This document shows positions 59,070 to 64,000 of a stretch of 64,000 nucleotides of DNA, piece by piece. The stretch lies in the NCBI GenBank assembly GCA_964633865.1, contig CAZWIJ010000001.1, positions 2,352 to 66,351 of the forward strand, given 5' to 3'. The translations under genes and the position numbers were made by a program. The notes beneath the pieces were generated by a model. The model was not told the origin of the DNA. It saw only the letters and a program-made list of their open reading frames with translations, and searched no databases. This DNA is from an uncultured Candidatus Saccharibacteria bacterium (GTDB lineage: Bacteria > Patescibacteriota > Minisyncoccia > SW-4-49-11). The first letter of the stretch is position 1; each line of letters starts with the position of its first letter.

Positions 59070-60194
59070 ATGAATCTTATCTCAACATATATATATTTTT
59101 TATTGGAATATTCAGTAGTATTAATAGGCACATTTATATTAATTTTTATTCCAAGATATAATAAATTATTTTGGAATATAGATGATAATACAAAGCCTTT
59201 AGCTAAGAGCAGAATCTCTACGATTGATTCTCTAAGAGGGATTTCAATAATAGGTGTTGTAATTATACATTCATGCTATTTATTAGCTAAAACAGAAATC
59301 TCGGTTTATGAAATTATAAATTTAAGTCTGATAAATAATCTATTTCGATTTGTTATACCTTTATTTTTATTTACATCAGGATTATTATTAAAACTATTTA
59401 TTTGGACTAGAAAATCAATATTTGAATTTTATAAAAGTAAATTTATTCGTATTGTAATACCTTATTTTTTAGTAACATTAATATTATATTTAATAGGGTA
59501 TATTGAAAATAAATCTTTACTTGATTTATTAATAACTGGAGAAGCGGCTATACCTCTATATTTTGTACCGCTTCTATTACAAATGTATTTAATATATCCT
59601 ATATTAGACTACTTTCGTAAAATTAACCCGAATTATTTAGTAAAAATTTCTATTTTAATTTCCGTTATTTCTTATCTTCTCCCATTTACCTGGAATTTCT
59701 TTGGAATAACTTCATTTTTCCCTTATTTAATATTTTTTGTTTATGGTATGGTAAGAAAAAATATTTTATACGATAAAATTTCACCCAAATGGAAAGAACT
59801 TATCTACATATACTTTATAATACAAATTTTTATTATTTATAGAATATTATCTATTAATATTGACAATAAATTTTTTGATAATATAACTTTATCATTTTAC
59901 AATACTCAATTTTATTTTGGTTTTGCTATGATATTTACTTTATATAAATATTTAAATGGAAAAAATTGGATTTCTAAAAAGATTAATCATAGTATGTCAT
60001 CAATAGGAAAAATTAGTTTATGGATATTTTTGATTCACTTTCCTATACAAGAATTTATATTTAACTTTATTAAATTTTCTAATCAAATAATATTTATCCA
60101 AGTAATTATAAATACTATATTAACTTTGATTATTACAGTTCCTATTTCTTTTTTACTTAATAGAGTATATAGTTATTTTACTAGAAATATCTAG
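59070..60194 (+). CDS. acyltransferase family 3 membrane O-acyltransferase
   Basis: About 10 TM helices. The N-terminal 'IDSLRGISIIGVVIIHS' is the AT3 signature with the catalytic His. Confidence 0.55.
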   Translation: MNLISTYIYFLLEYSVVLIGTFILIFIPRYNKLFWNIDDNTKPLAKSRISTIDSLRGISIIGVVIIHSCYLLAKTEISVYEIINLSLINNLFRFVIPLFLFTSGLLLKLFIWTRKSIFEFYKSKFIRIVIPYFLVTLILYLIGYIENKSLLDLLITGEAAIPLYFVPLLLQMYLIYPILDYFRKINPNYLVKISILISVISYLLPFTWNFFGITSFFPYLIFFVYGMVRKNILYDKISPKWKELIYIYFIIQIFIIYRILSINIDNKFFDNITLSFYNTQFYFGFAMIFTLYKYLNGKNWISKKINHSMSSIGKISLWIFLIHFPIQEFIFNFIKFSNQIIFIQVIINTILTLIITVPISFLLNRVYSYFTRNI

Positions 60195-60327
60195 TGACTT
60201 TTTATATCATACATAAATTTGCCAAAATAAAAAATATATGTTATAATGGAATCTCATTAATGGTTATAGGTTGTGCAAATTTTTTATATGGTGCTCTTTC
60301 TATATCATCTAGTGACTTTATATTAAT

Positions 60328-61857
60328 TTGCATAAAACTTATATGGCATATAACAATTCTAAACCCTCTTTTAACAGAGGTTCATTTAATAGTAATTCTA
60401 GATCTAACAGTAGTGGATTTGGAGGAAGAAGACCATCAAGAGGTGGTAGAGGAGGAAGATTTAAAAAATACATTGATCCAGCTTTATTCGTAAAAGTTGC
60501 TGATATCAAAGAAGATGTAGTTATTGAAGAAAACAATATCAAATTTACAGATTTAAACCTAAATCCAATTATAATCGAGGCCCTAAAAGAAAAAGGTTAT
60601 GAAAAACCTACTCCTATTCAAGCAAAAGCAATTCCTCATATATTAGAAGGAAAAGATGTTATTGGACTTGCTGATACAGGTACAGGTAAGACTATGGCTT
60701 TCTTATTACCTTTATTAGATGCTACTTTGAAAGAAAATAAAACTAAAACATTGATTTTAGCTCCTACAAGAGAATTAGCTTTACAGATTGAGCAAGAGCT
60801 CAGATCTATCTTAAACTATTCTATGAAAATATTTGTTACTTCTTGTATAGGAGGTACAAATATTAGAAAGCAAATGTTCCAATTAAATAGATATAATCAA
60901 TTTGTGATAGCAACTCCAGGAAGATTACAAGATTTAGTAGATAGAAAAGCTATTAATTTATCTGAGTATAAGCATGTTGTTTTGGATGAGGTTGATAGAA
61001 TGCTTGATATGGGATTCATAAATGAAATCAAAGCTATCTTAAGTATGTTACCAGAAAAAAGACAATCTTTATTTTTCTCAGCAACAACAGAAGGTAAAAC
61101 ACAAGATTTAATGAAACAGTTTTTGAAAGATCCTGTTACTATTGAGATCTCTAAAAATACTTCAAGTGAAAATGTTCACCAAGACATTGTTAAAGTGCTA
61201 GATAATGAAGTAAAGTTAGATAAATTGATTGATATTCTAAACCAAGAAGTAGTTGCTAAAGCTCTTATCTTCTGTGGGACAAAAATGGCAGTAGACAGAC
61301 TATGGAAAAATTTGAAAGAAAGTGGATTTTCTGTAGAATCAATGCATGGAGATAAAACACAAATGCATAGACAAGTTGCTTTGAAAAAATTTAAATCAGG
61401 TGAAGCCTGGATTATGATTGGAACAGATGTAGCTGCAAGAGGAATTGATGTTAAGGATATTACTCATGTTATTAATTATGAAACACCACAAACTTATGAA
61501 GATTATATTCATAGAGTAGGTAGAGCTGGTAGAGGAGGAAATATTGGATGGGCTTTAACTTTCATTGATGATGCTGTAAAAAAAGGTTATGAGCAAGATA
61601 GAAAATCAGAACCAAAATATGGAAGATCTTCTAGTCAAGGTTCATATTCTGGAAGAAGATCTTCTAGTGGGGGAGAAAGAGGATATTCTTCATATGATAA
61701 AAACCCATCTACTAAAGAAGGTTCTTCATCTGACAGAAAACCTTATAGTCAAGGTGGATACTCTAACGATAAAAAACCTTATAACAAAAATTCTTCTTAT
61801 AAATCTAATAGATCAGGATCTACTTCAAACTCAAGTTATAGAAGATCTGCTAAATAA
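60328..61857 (+). CDS. DEAD-box ATP-dependent RNA helicase with RGG/Ser-rich tails
   Basis: Q-motif 'PTPIQ', 'ADTGTGKT', 'DEVD', 'SAT' and 'HRVGRAGRGG'. The start could be 60346 (MAYNN). Confidence 0.8.
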   Translation: MHKTYMAYNNSKPSFNRGSFNSNSRSNSSGFGGRRPSRGGRGGRFKKYIDPALFVKVADIKEDVVIEENNIKFTDLNLNPIIIEALKEKGYEKPTPIQAKAIPHILEGKDVIGLADTGTGKTMAFLLPLLDATLKENKTKTLILAPTRELALQIEQELRSILNYSMKIFVTSCIGGTNIRKQMFQLNRYNQFVIATPGRLQDLVDRKAINLSEYKHVVLDEVDRMLDMGFINEIKAILSMLPEKRQSLFFSATTEGKTQDLMKQFLKDPVTIEISKNTSSENVHQDIVKVLDNEVKLDKLIDILNQEVVAKALIFCGTKMAVDRLWKNLKESGFSVESMHGDKTQMHRQVALKKFKSGEAWIMIGTDVAARGIDVKDITHVINYETPQTYEDYIHRVGRAGRGGNIGWALTFIDDAVKKGYEQDRKSEPKYGRSSSQGSYSGRRSSSGGERGYSSYDKNPSTKEGSSSDRKPYSQGGYSNDKKPYNKNSSYKSNRSGSTSNSSYRRSAK

Positions 61858-61872
61858 ATATTAGATAAATTT

Positions 61873-61918
61873 AGCTTAAAGATTATTTCAATTATTGAGA
61901 TTGCTTTAAGCTTTTTTA
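61873..61918 (+). terminator. terminator hairpin after the DEAD-box helicase gene
   Basis: 9-bp stem AGCTTAAAG/CTTTAAGCT (22-nt loop) followed by TTTTTT. Confidence 0.4.
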
Positions 61919-61977
61919 TTTTAATAAGTTAATATATATGTTATAATTTAGACTATATAATATAACTAATAATAAAA

Positions 61978-62844
61978 ATGTTGTCTAAATCATTTTTAAA
62001 ATCTATCTTAGATTTTTATTTAAAACCCAAATTCAATAAAGAGAATAAATTCAATCTAAAGTTTATATTACATGGGATATCTTTAGCAGGATTTATGTCT
62101 TTTTTTTCTATAATTTTAATGCAAATTGTAATTTCTAATTCTAATATGGAAATTAATAATTCTGTAGAAAATCTAGTCACATCAGACATTTCTATTTGGC
62201 AAATTTTACTATTAGTTTCTATTCTAGCTCCTCTTCTAGAAGAAACACTTTTCAGGTTATTTTTATCTGATAATAAAAAAGTTTGGTCTATATGGTTAAT
62301 TTTTCTTCCATTTTTAACATGGTATTTTTTTAGATTTGAATCACTTTTAGTTTGGATCTTGATTGGGTTAATCACAATCTTAATCTTTGTTTTATTATTG
62401 AGACCAAAAAGAGAAATTTTTATAAAAAGATATGAGATAATTTATCCTTACATTATATATCTATCAGCTCTGATTTTTGGATTGATTCATTTAGGTAATT
62501 ATCAAGGCTTATCTTTATCAGGAACATCTCTCGTATTTGTATTACCACAAATAAGTGTGGGCTTTGTTTTAGTTTTTATTAGAGTTAGATTAGGATTTTG
62601 GTTTGCAGTGTTATTTCATTTCTTATGGAATACAGCTATAGCCCTTATCTTAGTAATTTTGTTTCCAATTTTGCAAAATTTTCCTGCTGAAGAATTAGAA
62701 AAGCTTACACCAGATAATTTGCCACAAGATTTACAGATAAGACTTATTACAAGTGGTGGTTTGATGATATTATATTTTGGGTTTATTTTGATTGGAATGA
62801 TCTGGATTATATATGATTATATCAAATACAAAGATTATAAGTAA
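61978..62844 (+). CDS. CPBP-family intramembrane metalloprotease (CAAX protease/Abi)
   Basis: Motifs 'LEETLFRLFL' (EExxxR), 'FGLIHLGN' (FxxxH) and 'HFLWN' (HxxxN). Confidence 0.65.
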   Translation: MLSKSFLKSILDFYLKPKFNKENKFNLKFILHGISLAGFMSFFSIILMQIVISNSNMEINNSVENLVTSDISIWQILLLVSILAPLLEETLFRLFLSDNKKVWSIWLIFLPFLTWYFFRFESLLVWILIGLITILIFVLLLRPKREIFIKRYEIIYPYIIYLSALIFGLIHLGNYQGLSLSGTSLVFVLPQISVGFVLVFIRVRLGFWFAVLFHFLWNTAIALILVILFPILQNFPAEELEKLTPDNLPQDLQIRLITSGGLMILYFGFILIGMIWIIYDYIKYKDYK

Positions 62845-62846
62845 AT

Positions 62847-62882
62847 AAAAAAGTGTACTATATTATTTCAGTACACTTTTTT
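62847..62882. terminator. bidirectional terminator between convergent genes
   Basis: AAAAGTGTACT / AGTACACTTTT stem with a 10-nt loop, flanked by A-run and T-run. Confidence 0.5.
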
Positions 62883-62886
62883 AATA

Positions 62887-63309
62887 TTAATCTTTTTTAA
62901 GAGAAATAATCTTTTTATTAGAATCATTTTTCAGGGTCATTTTTATTGAGATTATACCATCTTTATAATCAGCATCAAAAGATTCTTGATCTATATTATT
63001 TGGTAATTGAATAGATCTTTGGAAAGATTCTTTTTTAATTTCTCTGAAATAATATTTCTTGCTTTTATCTTCTTCGTGGACTTCTTTTGAGGTATTCCCT
63101 TCAATAGTTAAAATACCATTGTCTAAGCTGATTTGTATATCATCTTGATTAAAGCCTGGAGCTTCAATTTTGACGAACAAATCATCTCCTTCTTGATACA
63201 TATTTAAGTCTCCATTAACTCTGGTTTTAGATAACTCTGGGATAAAATCATCAAAAATAGAGTTAAATAATGGAGAACTAAATCTTGTAGGTAAGTTTCT
63301 ATATTTCAT
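62887..63309 (-). CDS. Hsp20/alpha-crystallin small heat-shock protein
   Basis: 'LFVKIEAPGFNQDDIQISLDNGILTIEG' and 'SFQRSIQLP' form the alpha-crystallin domain. Confidence 0.75.
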   Translation of the reverse strand: MKYRNLPTRFSSPLFNSIFDDFIPELSKTRVNGDLNMYQEGDDLFVKIEAPGFNQDDIQISLDNGILTIEGNTSKEVHEEDKSKKYYFREIKKESFQRSIQLPNNIDQESFDADYKDGIISIKMTLKNDSNKKIISLKKD

Positions 63310-63489
63310 AGTAGTAAAAATTTAAATTAATAAATTATGTACTAAATTAATTCCAAATTTTATATATTATTTTAGTACACTATAATTATATAATAACTTT
63401 TTGGCAGTGTCAAGAGTTGATTGCTAAAAATTGTATTTTATTATAAAACAATATATACTTATAATAATAAATAGCTATTTTTTAATAAT

Positions 63490-64000
63490 ATGGACAGTCA
63501 AATTAAAAAAGATATACTAAATACAGCATTAAGTAATAGGAATTTAGATAAATCTATTCAAATGCAAAATTATATGCGAAATAAGTTTAAATTCTTAGGA
63601 ATTCAAACGCCTCTTCGTAAAAGTATAATTAAGCCTTATTTAAAAAAATTTAAGCAGCTCACTTATGATGAGCAAATTTCCTTGGTAACAGATATTTTTC
63701 TAAAAGGTCAATACAGAGAGTTACAATATATAGCATTAGATTTATATGAAATAAAATCTGATTTAAAAGAAGAAGACATTAAAACTATAGAGATTCTTGC
63801 TACTAATAATAGTTGGTGGGATAGTGTAGACAGTCTTCATAATATATTAGGAAAATACTTTAAAAAATTTCCTGAAAAAAGAACGATTATAACTGAAGAA
63901 TGGATATCCTCACAAAATATCTGGCTTATTAGGCTATTAATTGATCATCAACTTAATTTCAAAGATAAGACAGATTGGGATTATCTAAAAAATATAAGTT
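63490..64000 (+). CDS. DNA alkylation repair (AlkC/AlkD-like HEAT-repeat) protein, 3'-truncated by window
   Basis: 'LRKSIIKPYLKK' and 'YRELQYIALDLY' resemble the DNA_alkylation family. The ORF is open at the window end. Confidence 0.45.
   Translation, partial: MDSQIKKDILNTALSNRNLDKSIQMQNYMRNKFKFLGIQTPLRKSIIKPYLKKFKQLTYDEQISLVTDIFLKGQYRELQYIALDLYEIKSDLKEEDIKTIEILATNNSWWDSVDSLHNILGKYFKKFPEKRTIITEEWISSQNIWLIRLLIDHQLNFKDKTDWDYLKNIS

Noticed and set aside
60194-60493. 99-aa plus-strand ORF overlapping the 5' end of the DEAD-box helicase gene
   Set aside because: It is in a different frame from the helicase, whose RGG-rich N-terminus is typical. It is likely spurious. The true helicase start may be 60328 or 60346.
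1-64000. Alternative genetic code (UGA recoding, as in SR1/Gracilibacteria or Mollicutes)
   Set aside because: Long uninterrupted ORFs with intact conserved motifs are obtained with standard stops. The stops used are TAA, TAG and TGA, and there is no sign of in-frame TGA inside conserved domains.

Overview
AT-rich (roughly 28-30% GC by eye) bacterial chromosomal window, read with the standard genetic code and densely packed with about 70 protein genes. Most are housekeeping: leuS, cysS, argS, dnaB, recR, frr, rseP, uvrC, ndk, rmuC, an FtsW/RodA SEDS protein, an archaeal-type UMP kinase, a DEAD-box helicase and an Hsp20. There is also a complete V-type ATPase operon (G?-I-K-E-C-F-A-B-D), a His-rich-loop ZnuACB-type metal ABC importer with a candidate Zur/Fur box, and a Fur-family regulator elsewhere. 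Gene content (sortase, VanW, SEDS, CcdA, many small membrane proteins, archaeal-like PyrH and V-ATPase) and the streamlined, tightly packed layout fit a small-genome cell-walled bacterium, possibly CPR/Patescibacteria; this is inference. I found no rRNA, tRNA, CRISPR array, transposase or integrase. The most unusual content is a four-gene tandem cluster (28.1-30.8 kb) of secreted proteins sharing a C-terminal TrbC/VirB2-like (T4SS-pilin-like) two-helix hairpin. Two of the four carry large Cys-rich (10 and 20 Cys) and Pro/Asp-rich ectodomains. The cluster lies immediately downstream of a CcdA thiol-disulfide transporter and ends in a clean terminator, with no T4SS ATPase genes nearby. Secondary items are a putative beta-glucan locus (processive GT2 synthase, HlyD-like adaptor, GH81-like glucanase, BNR/Asp-box propeller); a recurring ~35-aa WYEKKLxEGYDK...KQGY module in two unrelated small proteins; an SPFH/flotillin gene containing 4x33-bp in-frame tandem repeats; a short UvrC lacking the HhH domain; and a nucleotidyltransferase/hydrolase/zinc-ribbon trio.
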